Below the pieces are notes generated by a model that saw only the letters and a list, made by a program, of their open reading frames with translations, was not told where the DNA came from and searched no databases. From Octopus vulgaris (Eukaryota), in contig OX597832.1 of the NCBI GenBank assembly GCA_951406725.2, forward strand, positions 4,960,001 through 5,024,000: a stretch of DNA of 64,000 nucleotides. The letters run 5' to 3'. Below are positions 26,391-39,598 of this stretch, in pieces; the stretch's first letter is position 1; each line of letters begins with the position of its first letter. Both the position numbers and the translations under genes were made by a program.

Positions 26391-27382
26391 CTAGGTCATA
26401 CAATTCTATTGTAACAGCTGTATAATATCTGTGGTAAGAGTTGAGTATGTAGATTGCACCACTGGGAAATGCAGCTATACGGTACAAGATGTAGACGACC
26501 TATTGCAATAGACTTTGCAGTTTGTGGGAGCTTGTGCATGTGTGTGTAAGCCATGTGCACGTAAGTCCATAAGTCAGGAAAAAACGCACTTATATTTCTG
26601 TCAGTAGAGTGGATATATTAATCGAAGTGTACAGTATTATATATCCATTACACCTGATCTAACCAATCCTTTTTGAACTAGGGATTTACAGAAGTGTTAG
26701 GTAACTGTCCACTTATGTAACCCTATGCTCTTCAGTGGTAGCCATTATGGGATGAAATATGGTGACTGTTCTCTATTGTTGAAGGTGAATAGACACATCC
26801 AGTTTGTGGTTACTGTGAAAAAGACTATATATATATATATTACTATTTTCTTCCTCCTTCCTTCTCTAACTCCCTTTTTCTCCCCTCCCTCCTTCACCAT
26901 TTTCTTTCTGTCTGTCTGTCTCTCTCCCCTCTTTCTCTTTTTCTCTCTCTCTTTCTCATTGCTCACATGCGACCATCGTCCATCTTTTTTTTCCTCATGT
27001 GACCATCTTTCTTTTCCTGCACGGACATTTAAAAGAACGGACGTGTTTTACTCTCTCTCTTCTATGTTTTCTCTTTTCAAAAAAATGTTTCTCCCAGCAT
27101 GCACTATTTCCCTCTTCTTCTGGTCTATTGACTCTCCATGTTTGTTTTCGTTCAGTTTCCTTATATGTCTCCACTGCCAATTTTTTGTTCCCAACTTTGA
27201 CCTTCCATAAATCCTAAATTTGTCATTGAATGCTCAAAATGAAGAGTAGATAGACAGCCAACAACTGATGAAGGGTCCTTTCTCTGTGTTTACTCGTCCT
27301 GTTTTCCTTTTTTCTTTTTGTTCTTGTTGTTTATGTATTTCATGTTATTTGCACCATTGGTGACACCCTGTACCACATATGC

Positions 27383-27442
<60 letters not shown>

Positions 27443-27612
27443 ATATTAGGGAATAAATCCAAATTTACAGGGAAAAATCAGATTTAGGATTAAATCCAAT
27501 TTTATAGTAAAATATTATATAATATAATTCGAGACAAAACCACTATTTTGCAAAACAAACAAGGAAAGACTTAATCAATACATAAAAATTTTTAATATAA
27601 AGAAATAAAGCG

Positions 27613-27655
27613 CCACTACAATCGTTTCATGTCTTCAATGACATTCGTCAGGTGG
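27613..27655 (-). ncRNA. Minimal type I hammerhead ribozyme motif (inverted twin)
   Basis: Exact reverse complement of 27940-27982. Confidence 0.85.
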
Positions 27656-27939
27656 ATTTTCGATCTAAAATATCAATATATTAAAATATAAGTTTAAAAT
27701 AATAAAATTATCAATGAAAAATATAAATATATATAATCTATATATAATCTATATGTAATCAATATATAATCTAAAATAAACCCTATAAACAATTGAATAT
27801 AAAGAAACCTATTATTAAAGTTCTCATATTTAAAGATGTACAAAAAACAAAAAAAAAAAAAAAAATATTTATATTTTTCATTGATAATTTTATTATTTTA
27901 AACTTATATTTTAATATATTGATATTTTAGATCGAAAAT

Positions 27940-27982
27940 CCACCTGACGAATGTCATTGAAGACATGAAACGATTGTAGTGG
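27940..27982 (+). ncRNA. Minimal type I hammerhead ribozyme motif
   Basis: ccac CTGACGA atgtc-attgaa-gacat GAAAC gatt GTA gtgg: full catalytic core with stems I and II and a GUA cleavage triplet. Confidence 0.85.
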
Positions 27983-28068
27983 CGGTTTATTTCTTTATAT
28001 TAAAAATTTTTATGTATTGATTAAGTCTTTCCTTGTTTGTTTTGCAAAATAGTGGTTTTGTCTCGAAT

Positions 28069-28471
<403 letters not shown>

Positions 28472-28476
28472 TTATT

Positions 28477-28531
<55 letters not shown>

Positions 28532-28584
28532 AATTTTGGGATTAGGTTTGCAAGATTCTGTATGTGAGTTCGTGTGTTGAAGCA

Positions 28585-28754
28585 TATTCTGTTGTGTCTG
28601 GGGAGAGTCATTCTCTTTTAGTGCCTTATAACACACTCACCAGTAAAATTTCCACTTATTTTTTTTCTAAAATTTTCTTTAAGTGGAAATTTTACTGGTG
28701 AGTGTGTTAAATTATAAGGCACTAAAAGACAATGACTCTCTCCAGACACAATAG

Positions 28755-28759
<5 letters not shown>
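28585..28759. repeat. Inverted repeat of about 75 bp between (TA)n tracts
   Basis: 28585-28658 pairs with 28680-28759, with a few mismatches and one small indel. Confidence 0.85.
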
Positions 28760-28803
<44 letters not shown>

Positions 28804-28850
28804 TAGATAGATAGGTAGATAGACAGACAGACAGACAGCTAGCTAGCTAT

Positions 28851-29965
28851 ATCATCATCATCATCATCATCATTGTTTAATATCCACTTTCTATGTTGGC
28901 ATGTGTTGGACAATTTAACATGGTGCTAGCTAGCATGGAGATATCCAGACTCCGATTGTTTGTTGTGGCATGGTCTGTACAACTGGATGCTCTTCTTAAT
29001 GTCAACCAGTTAACAGAGTGTGTTGGGTGCTTTTTACATGAGATCGGGTGCGTTTATGCAGCATGGTACGGGTGCATTAACACAGCATGGGTTCTTTTTA
29101 AGTGGCACCAGCACCTGAAAGGACAAGCCTGCATGTATGAAGGACAGTGATTTTACTTAGCTTGACATGTCTTATCAAGTACAGCAACATGCCACATCTC
29201 TCAGTCCACATCTCCCCTTCCACACGTACCCTCCACAATTAAAACTCGGCACTTCTTTATGCAGCTGTCCAAACCATGACCAAACCAGTGCAGTCTTCTC
29301 TCTTGCACACAACATCTGATGCCTCTTATACCATACCCAGTTTTCCTTTTAAAACATTTACACTGTCATACACACACATTGACATTACCCATCCAGTGGA
29401 ACATGCTAACTTCATTTCTTTTAAGCCTTTGCAAGTCCTCTGTAATCAAAGCCCATGTTTCACTGCCATGTAACATAGCTGTACATACACAGACATAATA
29501 CAATCTGCCCTTCACTCTGAAGGAGAGGCCCTTAGTTACCAACAAAGTTAGAAGTTCTCTGAACTTTGCCCAGCCTGTTCTTAATCTAGCAACTACACTT
29601 TCAGAACTCCCTCCACCACTACTAACTTGGTCTCCTAGGTAACAGAAACTATCTACTACTAATAATGATCTCCCTGAGCATTTGAGGGAGCCTATTACTT
29701 GCACATTTTTAGTGGTTATAGTACCTGCACATTTGCCACACATGAAGACTATATATTCTCCGTTAACCTTCCTGTGATACCGCTATACCTCTCATGTGTC
29801 CAAAGCTTGCACTGGATACTATGTATGGAGTTTCTGCCTAGACCCTTCTTACATATCAAGCAGGGCCATCTCTGAGAAGGGACTTGTGAATTGTTTGTTT
29901 TCCTACTTACTAGGACTTTGGTTTTTGCTAAATTATCTCTAAGACCCTTAGATTTCAGGCCTTTT
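28851..29965 (-). mobile_element. Decayed RTE LINE 3' part
   Basis: GLKSKGLRDNLAKTKV..WPCLICKKGLGRNSI..CKLWTHERYS..CGKC..VVDSFCYLGD..MLHGSETW is colinear with the 37355-39598 ORF. Followed by the 3' UTR and (GAT)n. Confidence 0.9.
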
Positions 29966-30000
29966 TTACACACACACACACACACACACATATGTATATA

Positions 30001-30280
30001 CATCATCATCATCATCATCATTATCATCATCGTTTAATGTCCATCTTCCATGCATGGGTAAGGCAGTTGACAGGAGACAGACAGGTAGAAGACTACCCCA
30101 GCTACTGTGTCTGTTTTGTCAGGGCTTTTATGGCTAGATGCCCTTCCTAACACCAACCACTCCACAGAGTGCACTCAGTGCTGTTTATGTAACACTAGCA
30201 CAGGTGATGTGGGTTTTGGCATGATTTTTACAGCTGGATGCTTTTCATGTGGCACCAGCACTGGCAGGGTCACCAAGTAA
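30001..30280 (-). mobile_element. RTE-type 3' tail copy
   Basis: (CAT)n, cgtttaatgtcc, gatgcccttcctaacaccaaccactcc. Confidence 0.75.
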
Positions 30281-30661
30281 TTCACTTCCTGTTGTTAACC
30301 TTCACGGATTAACAGGTAAGATAATATTTTCCCATAGCTATACATATCTTCCATAGAAAACTGGAACTGAACAACCTCATTTGTGTGACAACAATGCCAT
30401 TTTACAACCATCACATGTCTAAAAAAGTGAATGCACAAAGACACACAGATACACACACACCCCCAACCTTTATCTCCCATTCACCACATCCACTCCTCAA
30501 ACTTATTCAATCTCTATGGTTGCTACCAACTCGTCTCCCACCTCTCCCACTTAACAACCACTCAACACTTGTTCCTTATTTTTTATATCCAACTTCCAGC
30601 CCTCAACCCTCACCCCACCACATCTCACACACACACACACATACATACATACATACACACA

Positions 30662-30692
<31 letters not shown>

Positions 30693-31094
30693 ATGTATGT
30701 ATGTATGTATACCCACCCATTCCACATATCAGTTCTCTACTTCTCACCTACACTTTTATTATACTGCTGTTGTCTGCAACCAACTACTACTACTACTACC
30801 TCCTTCTTGAGCCACTCCCATTTCTTTCATCTTCCACTCCAATACTCATATTTACCATCAACCATACCTCTACTCTTGTTCACTTTTCACTACATTTACC
30901 TATACTCCTATCTCTAATAATCTGTTGTACTCATCACACATCCTTGTGAATTTACACACTGTCCTTTCTTCCTCTATTATACTTTCGTCTCTCAATACTT
31001 ATGCCAACATTTGGCACAAAGCCACTTCCCTCTTTTTGACACATTCATTCAATTTAGGAGGTTTTTCTTTTCTTTTGTGTTATTTTGCAAGCTC

Positions 31095-31285
31095 ACAAGT
31101 GCAGGTACCATGAAAAAGGCACCTGGTACACTCTGTAAATGGGTTGGCACTAGGAAGGGTATTTGGCTGTAGAAACCATATCAAACAGACATTAGAGCCC
31201 AATGCAGTCCTCTATTCCGTCTGATTATGTTGCACCAACTCATGCCAGCACAGAAGACATTAAATGATGGTGGTGGTAGTGGTGG
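31095..31285 (+). mobile_element. RTE-type 3' tail copy
   Basis: gttggcactaggaagggtat..gctgtagaaaccat..catgccagc..gacattaaatgatg. Confidence 0.65.
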
Positions 31286-32424
31286 TGGAGGAGGAAAATA
31301 ATTATATATATATATATATAAACATATATATATATATATAAACATATTGTTATATTTCAGAATGGTCATTTTGCCAGTTTAGCTAATAAAAACACACTCA
31401 CTATATATTTGGTGTTATTTTGCTTCAGTGTTATTTATTTTTTACAGTAATCTTAATCTTATTTCGGCCAGAATTCTTTCATCACACTCCTGTTACCACA
31501 TCAGTGGTCCTTTGTTTTCTTCTTTCTTATTTGTGTTTCTCTTTACAAACCGTCAGCCATTTTGTATTTCTATTGTATGTCTTCATTTGTGCATGCTTAT
31601 ATCCCTATGTGCCTCTATGTTTATTTAGTGTGTGGGGGGGATGCCTGTAATATTTGTATCTTCTGTTTATGTAATATGTTTTTGTTGCTGTTTTTGTTTA
31701 TTCTTATTTTGTTCATGTGTTTACATCCACTTATTATTATTATCATTATCTATGCTTGTATGTATGTATGTATAACAACAATACTAGTAATAATAATAAT
31801 AATAATAATAAATCAAAAAAAATCTTTTAAATTAAACAAAAAAAATTTTTTTAATTAAAAAAAATAATTAAAAAAAATTAAAAAATCTTATATAGTTATT
31901 TATTTCTATTTGTTTATTTATCTGTGTATTTTATTTATCATGTTTTCGGTTTTGTTATATTGTAACCAGTTTATGGGGATCCTCTACCGTCATATGTTGT
32001 GGTGTGTGCTAGTGTTCCATTTCAGTAAACAGTAAAGCAAGTAGCCACATCAAAGTGGCAGATGAATGTTACTACCACATCTGATATTTTTTTTTCTTTT
32101 ATATTGTAGACTTTGTAAATTACTGTCTTCTCACAAATGGCTTGCATGGTTTCAGGGGTGGGGTATCAATTTTGTTTCTTTACCAGATTTCTGAATTAAC
32201 TTTCTGAACTGGAAGAGCTTGTCCATTGCCACTTCCAGTTCTACAATATTACTGCCTACGGCATCCGAAAAACTTTATTTAGCCTGGGTGTCCTTTTGTT
32301 TGTCGAAGCTTTTACCTTCTCCCATCTCGGGCAGTGGAGTGATAGCGCAGTGGAGTGATAGCTAAGATCTGCTTCTGCCTGCAATATATGGTAAACAAGG
32401 TGACCATCAGTGACTGATTTGCAA

Positions 32425-32900
32425 CAAGCAAGATAGCTAGTTATAAAATCTTAAGAAAAGATAGAGTAGTAAAGCAAGTAGCTACATCAATGTGACAGAT
32501 GAATGTTACTACTAGTTCAACCCCAAGCAGATTCTCCACCAGCTGGTTTTCAGTTCAAGCTTTGCACCCTTTATGTACAATACATTGCTAGCAGGGGGAG
32601 AAAATGCCTCCTACCCTATTAGCTGACAGGATCACAGAACTAACCAGTGTAACAGGACTGGCCGGTTTTATAACTGGTTTTATAATTGGAGAGTAGTAGA
32701 AGTTCATACCCCCTGCTAGCAATGTATTGTGCATAAAGGGTGCAGAGCTTGCACTGAAAACCAGCTGGCAGAGAATCCACCTGGGGTTAAACTAGTAGTA
32801 ACAGTCATCTGCCACTTTGATGTGGCTACTCACTTTACTGTTTATGTATATGTTACTACTCTATCACTTCTTGAGATTTTATAACAAGCGATTTTGCTTA
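32425..32900. repeat. Imperfect long inverted repeat (MITE/fold-back-like)
   Basis: 32425-32598 pairs with 32709-32900 at roughly 85% by eye, with one indel. A partial third copy lies at about 32030-32075. Confidence 0.8.
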
Positions 32901-35279
32901 TATATACATTCACACACACATATACATTGTGGAGGGAATATGTGAAAAGAGTAGACCCAAAAAGATATGGGACAAAGAGGTGAGAAAGGATCTTGTTGTT
33001 GTTAAGCAACAAGACAAGTAAGGGGGATTAGGTGATGCTCTAGGGCTTAGGGGCGGGAGACCCCAAACTTTGGAAAATAAAACAAACTTTGGTCATCTTG
33101 TTGTAGCCGAGGGCTCTTCGTTGACGCCCAACACCACCGGGTGGTGGCCCTTGAAATCGCTGGAAATGGAGATCTCTAGATCCAAATTCTTGAACGGCAA
33201 GAAAGGATCTTCAGATGTTGGGTTACAAAAAAAAGGATGATAAGGAACTGAAAATTCTGGTGGTTTGCTGTGCTTAAGAAGATACATCATGCTAAGTGAA
33301 ATCATGATTGTCCTTGCATACAAGCATGTCTCCTGCATCCCTCTTCAGCTAAGCAGTCTTTGTCTCGTGGGCTTGTGGCTGCTGATGCCATGTAAAAAGG
33401 GCCCATGACGATGACGATCCAACAGCATGCCCATAACTGGTTCAAAAGCTTAATTCTGTGTCATCAACTACTTTGATTGCACCACTGCCAAGCAAATATC
33501 AAGTTTGAAACTCAATAATTCCCCATATACAGATCAAACTAGATATAAGTTATGTGATGGTTTCTGAAAGTACATTCATGGTGTTTGTAAAAACATATTT
33601 ATATTTAGATAAACAACCCAGTTTAATTTAGTCCTTGTTTGTATATTTTGTTAGTCATACCTGTTAGTGAAGTTCTTTATCTTCAGTGTATACATAGCTG
33701 TATACAAGTATGAACTTGTGTCTGTTTCTATTTTTCCATGTAGTTACAACTGAGTATGTGGGTATTTATGTGCATGTATATATATTTGGCAGCCAGAGAG
33801 CAACACTCCAGTCTGATTTGGCTTGGTTTCTGCAGCTGCATACCTTTCCTAACATCAACCACTTTACAGTGTGTGCTGGGTGCTTTTAATATACCAGCAT
33901 CACAAGAGCTTTTATGAGGCAATGATACAAGTGCTTTTTATGTGGCACTTGCACATTGGATGTAACATATGAAACAGGAACATCTAAAGGTCCCAGGCTG
34001 TGTATTAGAACACGAGGAACTGAAGCTTCTAACAAGCAATTTTAACTATATTTTGAAGGAGAGATAAGAAGGATTAGGAAAGATAGCAGCAGTGGGAAGG
34101 AAATGAAACCTGTGGAGGATAATTGAAGAGGATGGGTTGATGAGGGAAAGTTGTGAAAAATGGAGCACTGTTTTGGGGTGCATTCATCTGGTAAAAGCGC
34201 AGAGGATAAAATGCTTTGTTCTGACTTTCTGAACTGCAAGTTCAAATTCTACCAAAGTCAGCTTTACTTTTTGTTCTTTTGAGCAAGTAGATTAGTGAAA
34301 TAGTTAACGCTTCATATGAGATAATTTGTTGTTGCTCATTACATTCTGAATCCTTAAGATTAGTCCACATTTCTCAGTATGAAACATAGGGCTGGTTTCC
34401 CTGTTTCTTTGATGCGTATATATTCTCTACCTGGATGGTTCATCACGGGATTATTCATTTTTAGCTGCTGAATGGACTACAGCAACATGAATTGAAGTGT
34501 TTTTGGTCAAGACCACAATGTTCGGGAATTGAAACCATAATATCATGATCATGAGTCTGACACCCTAACCACTAAGCCATGAATCCTTAATGCAGACAAC
34601 TAAATCTTTGTCTGATTTAACAGTACCACCTGATCATTGGGTGTCTTTAACAGCATTACTGCTGCTCTTCACCTCAATACATAATTGGCCACCCCCAACC
34701 TTTATCTCCAATTCACCACATCCACTCCTCAAACTTATTCAATCTCTATAGTTGCTACCAACTCGTCTCCCACTTCTCCTACTTCACAACCACTCAACAC
34801 TTGTTCTTTATTTTTTATATCCAACTCCCAACCCTCAACCCCCACCCCACCACACCTCTCACTCTCCCATTCACTCTTGCAGTATCTATGCACTTACACT
34901 ACTAGTATTTATGTCTGCAAAATGCAAATTGAATGAGGAGGAAATGCAATTAATACAGTACTAACCTACAAAACCAATAGAGATTTATGCTTATCCATAC
35001 ATACGTACATATATACATACATACATGCTTTACATACATACATACATACCTACACACACATACACATACATACATGCTTACATACACACACATACATACA
35101 TACATACATGCTTACATACACAAATACATACATATATACATACTTACATACATACTTACATACATGCATACATACATGCTTACATATACACACACACATA
35201 CATACATACATTCATACATACATGCTTACATACACACATACATACATACATATATACATACATACTTAAGTACATACAT

Positions 35280-35920
35280 AATGGCTGCCCCCTCGTTATC
35301 GAGTATGGCCATTGCACGAAGCTTAACTGTTATTGGTTCTGTGATCGAATGTGACTTTTCAGCCTAGCTAAAGATCTACAATGTCTTGTACAGAATTGGC
35401 AGCTAAAACCTTTACCGGTAATAGCCGGCTGTAGTTGTAACTGGGCTTCATGTACCTTTGCATGTCATTTAAGTCCACCTGCCGAATTACACTCTCTTCC
35501 ACATGCCTGACAGATATGATTAGTATGGTGTGTAACACCACCACCAGTGGCCAGGTTGTCACTCATCTGTCTCGTTTTATGACTACGAAGATGACTCTTG
35601 AGTTCAGCTTTACTGAGGCAGGGTCTTGCACAGACACTGCATGTCAGCATCATAAGAAGACCCTTCCCATCTGGAAGTGTAACAGCGACGCCTTTCTTGA
35701 CATCCCTTCTTACTTTCTCATGTGCAACTAGAGATTTCTCAATAGTAGCTGTCCCCTCGTGCACAATCCTTCTCCACCTGCTACGATCAATAGCTATGCT
35801 CTCCCATGTGTCAGGAGAGATGCAAGTATCTCTTAAGGAAGCCTTCAGCAAGTCCTTACACCTCTTTTTTGGTTTATGTGGAGGCCGTTCTCCTTTAGCT
35901 AACTCTCTATAAAAGCTTGC
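35280..35920 (-). mobile_element. RTE-BovB-like LINE 3' end with tandem C2H2 fingers
   Basis: YRELAKGERPPHKPKKRCKDLLKASL..WESIAIDRSRWRRIVHEG is the RTE C-terminus. It is followed by CSVC..HLRSH, CQAC..HAKVH and a third CQFC..HIRS finger. Confidence 0.8.
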
Positions 35921-36150
35921 TTAGTGAGGAGGGTGTTTATTGGACACCCTGCAGGATGAAAAACAAAAGCTGTCAAAGGGCGGAGGAACTCTTGAGAGTC
36001 AACGGCCATCCAATAAATGTGTAATTATATATTTACTGTATATCTGCCTTTTTCTCACTAATTTTTATATATTGTATATTTTTATAGCTTGCTCATTATA
36101 TAAATTTCTATATACTTCACATCATATATTTTATGTATATTTTGTATATC

Positions 36151-36192
<42 letters not shown>

Positions 36193-36406
36193 TAGTTTTT
36201 ATTATTTTTTTTTTCTCCTTATATCAATCTTATCCAGCTTAAGGCTGTATCATGCGCGGGGAAATAGAAATAATCAGACTGAATACATACATACCTATAT
36301 GCTTACATACACACACACATACATACATATATACATACATACATGCTTACATACACACCTACATACATATATACATACTTACATACATCCATATGTATAT
36401 ACATAC

Positions 36407-36589
36407 TGTTGTGGTGAGAGTCATTGATACCCCTGGCGGATTGGAAGAATGGACTAGCCAAACTCTTATAAAGAGTAGAGGTTGGTAGGAGTTGTTGAGA
36501 AGGCGTTTTGAGGTCTCACAAAGTGGACACATTGATTTTTACCTCTGCATCATTAAATTATATATCCTACATTTACCTAGGATATAAAA
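36407..36589 (+). repeat. Gypsy 5' LTR
   Basis: Begins TGttgtggtgagagtcattga. Diverged direct repeat of 43679-43888. Confidence 0.9.
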
Positions 36590-37354
36590 GTGGTGAGGAG
36601 ATATTCGAAGCTTGCGTTGGACATTAAAATATTTTTGGTACAAAATCAAAGAAGAAAAATCATTAACATGGGAGACTTCTTGGCTTGTGTGGTGCAGTTG
36701 CAACAGCAACAACAGCACTTACAACAACAACTACAACAGCAACAACAACCACAACAGCAACAACAATGCCAACAGTTACTGGAAGTAATGTTGAAGAAGT
36801 CTGGAAATACTTCAAGTTCATTCTCGTCAGATAGCAAAGCAAACTCGATTGGAGAATTTATTTATAACCCAGAAGAAAGTTCTACTTTTTCTGCATATTT
36901 TAGAAGACACAAAGAAATCTTCAAAGAAGAATGTAAAAATTTGAATGACGAGAAGACAGTGCGACTACTTTTAAGAAAGTTATCCCCTGCTGAACACAAA
37001 AAATACTGAAATTTTATTCAACCAAAGAAACCAGGTTAGATTTATTTCAATGAACCAGTTAACTTGTTACTAAGAATTATCAGTGAAAGAAGTTCCCTGT
37101 TTAATACTCGTTGGCAGTGTTTAAATTTAGTTAAAAAAAGATGATGAAGATTTTGTCACTTATGCTGGGGTAGTTAACAGTGTGAAAAATTTAAAGTAAA
37201 TGAATTAATCCCAGATTTGTTCAAATATCTAATTTTTGTTCAAGGGTTAACTTCAAGAAAAGATGCTGATATAGATTCCTGTATATTAACAAAATTAGAA
37301 TAGGACCAAAATTTAACTCTACTGAAGAATGCCAGAAGATTATAAATTTAAGAC

Positions 37355-39598
37355 ATGATGCAGAAATTTAGGGACATACTCACCAAGAAATTTGATGAGA
37401 GGGAGGAGGAGCTCCAGACGTCAGACATAGAAGGTAGCTGGGAATTCCTACGGGACAGCTTGCTGAGTGCCACAGACCGAGTCTGTGGATGGTGCAGAGT
37501 CCCTTCCAGACCTAGAGTTACGTGGTGGTGGAACAGTGCAGTAGATAAAGCCATTAGTGCAAAGAGACGGGCCTGGAAAGCCTGGAGGGATGGGGGCAGC
37601 AGGGAACTGTACCAGGCAGCCAAAAGGGAGGCTGGGCGGCAGGTATACATAGCCAAAGATGTAGCAGAAAAGAAGAAGTTTGCCAATGTCCAGCGACGTG
37701 AGGACCAAAGAGCTGAGGTATTTCGGATTGCCAGACAGTGTGTCAGAGAAAATAGTGATGTTACAGGAGAGAAATGTGTCCGCATGGATGATGGGGCACT
37801 TGCTTTTACTGTTAGTGAAAAGAAAGAGGCTTGGAGAAGCCATTATGAAAGACTGCTGAACGAGGAGAATGAATGGGAGGAGGAGAGCCTGCCAAATGTT
37901 GACCCAGTAGAGGGACCAGCTACCCGAATAGACAGCTCCCTTGTAGATAAGGCAATTAAGGATATGAAACCAGGCAAAGCCCCCGGCCCATCAGGAATCA
38001 CTGCTGAGATGCTTAAAACAGCTGGCTATGTGGGCTATGGCATAGTCACCCGCATTGTAAACCAGGTAGTTCACAATGGAGTCATACCCAATGACTGGCG
38101 TAGCAGCACCATAGTCAACTGCTACAAGGGTAAGGGTGATGCTCTAGATAGAAATAATTACAGGGGTATCAAACTGTTGGACCAGGTGATGAAGGTCACA
38201 GAGAGGGTCATAACCCATCTCATTAGGGAGAGAATTTGCTTAGATGAAATGCAGTTCGGTTTTGTGCCAGGTAGAAGCACCACTGATGCTATATTCCTGG
38301 TCCGACAACTGCAGGAGAAGTACCTAGCTAAAGATAAACCCCTCTACATAGCCTTTGTGGACTTGGAGAAAGCCTTTGACAGGGTTCCCCGTTCCCTTAT
38401 CTGGTGGTCGATGCGGAAACTGGAGATTGACGAATGGCTAATAAGGGCTGTACAGGCTCTATACAGAGAGGCTGCCAGCAAGGTTAGGATTGGCAGCGAA
38501 TATAGTGAAGAATTCCGGGTAGAAGTAGGTGTGCACCAGGGCTCAGCCCTCAGTCCCCTTCTATTCATCATAGTCCTCCAGGCAATAACAGAGGAATTCA
38601 AAACAGGATGCCCCTGGGAGCTCCTCTATGCTGATGACCTGGCTCTCATAGCAGAATCACTACCGGAACTAGAAAAGAATTTTCGGATGTGGAAGCAAGG
38701 GTTAGAATCAAAGGGCCTTAGAGTAAATGTAGCAAAGACCAAAGTAATAGTAAGCAGCAAGGTGTACTCAGCACACACACCCTCGGGTAGGTGGCCCTGC
38801 TCAATCTGTAGGAAAGGTGCAGGTAGAAACTCCATAAGATGCACCCAATGTAAGCTATGGACGCACAAGAGGTGCAGCAACATTAAAGGGAAATTAACAG
38901 ATAAGATAGCTTTCATGTGTGGCAGATGCACAGGGACAATAGACACCACAGACACTCAGAAAACAGATTCCATCACACTCCAGGGAGAGAAACTAGAAGT
39001 AGTTGATAGTTTCCGCTACCTGGGTGACCAAGTTAGTAGCGGAGGTGGATGCACAGAGAGTATCACCACTAGAATACGAATAGCCTGGGCAAAGTTCAGA
39101 AAGCTCCTACCCCTACTGGCGAAAAAGGGTCTCTCCCTCAGAGCGAAAGGTAGACTGTATGATGCATGTGTGCGAACTGCCATGCTTCACGGTAATGAAA
39201 CATGGGCTATGACTGCAGAGGACATGCGTAGACTTGAAAGAAATGAAGCTAGCATGATCCGCTGGATGTGTAATGTCAGTGTGCACGCACGACAGAGTGT
39301 AAGCATCCTGAGAGAAATGCTGGATATAAGAAGCATCAGATGTGGTGTGCAAGAGCGACGCTTGCGATGGTATGGTCATGTGCTGCGGATGGATGAGGAG
39401 AGATGTGTGAAGAAGTGCCACTCCCAAACAGTTGAAGGTATCAGGGGGAGAGGTAGACCCAGGAAGACATGGGATGAAGCAGTCAAGCATGATCTCAGAG
39501 CGTTGGACCTCACTGAGGCAATGGCGAAGGACCGAGATCTCTGGAGATATGCTGTGACTGCAAAGACCCGGGCTGCTTCCTGCATCAGTTCCGCATAG
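37355..39598 (+). CDS. RTE reverse transcriptase ORF (747 aa; no APE domain because of 5' truncation)
   Basis: KAPGPSG, NYRGIKLL, QFGF, FVDLEKAFDRV, GVHQGSALSPLLF, LYADD, FRYLG, RRLRWYGHVLR and GRGRPRKTW. The frame is uninterrupted. Confidence 0.95.
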   Translation: MMQKFRDILTKKFDEREEELQTSDIEGSWEFLRDSLLSATDRVCGWCRVPSRPRVTWWWNSAVDKAISAKRRAWKAWRDGGSRELYQAAKREAGRQVYIAKDVAEKKKFANVQRREDQRAEVFRIARQCVRENSDVTGEKCVRMDDGALAFTVSEKKEAWRSHYERLLNEENEWEEESLPNVDPVEGPATRIDSSLVDKAIKDMKPGKAPGPSGITAEMLKTAGYVGYGIVTRIVNQVVHNGVIPNDWRSSTIVNCYKGKGDALDRNNYRGIKLLDQVMKVTERVITHLIRERICLDEMQFGFVPGRSTTDAIFLVRQLQEKYLAKDKPLYIAFVDLEKAFDRVPRSLIWWSMRKLEIDEWLIRAVQALYREAASKVRIGSEYSEEFRVEVGVHQGSALSPLLFIIVLQAITEEFKTGCPWELLYADDLALIAESLPELEKNFRMWKQGLESKGLRVNVAKTKVIVSSKVYSAHTPSGRWPCSICRKGAGRNSIRCTQCKLWTHKRCSNIKGKLTDKIAFMCGRCTGTIDTTDTQKTDSITLQGEKLEVVDSFRYLGDQVSSGGGCTESITTRIRIAWAKFRKLLPLLAKKGLSLRAKGRLYDACVRTAMLHGNETWAMTAEDMRRLERNEASMIRWMCNVSVHARQSVSILREMLDIRSIRCGVQERRLRWYGHVLRMDEERCVKKCHSQTVEGIRGRGRPRKTWDEAVKHDLRALDLTEAMAKDRDLWRYAVTAKTRAASCISSA

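Noticed and set aside
27225-27300. CTGATGA near 27266 as a hammerhead
   Set aside because: No properly placed GAAA or stem II. At best it is a decayed remnant.
36590-37009. Poly-Q ORF as a host transcription factor
   Set aside because: It lies just after the LTR/PBS and continues into Gypsy gag motifs.
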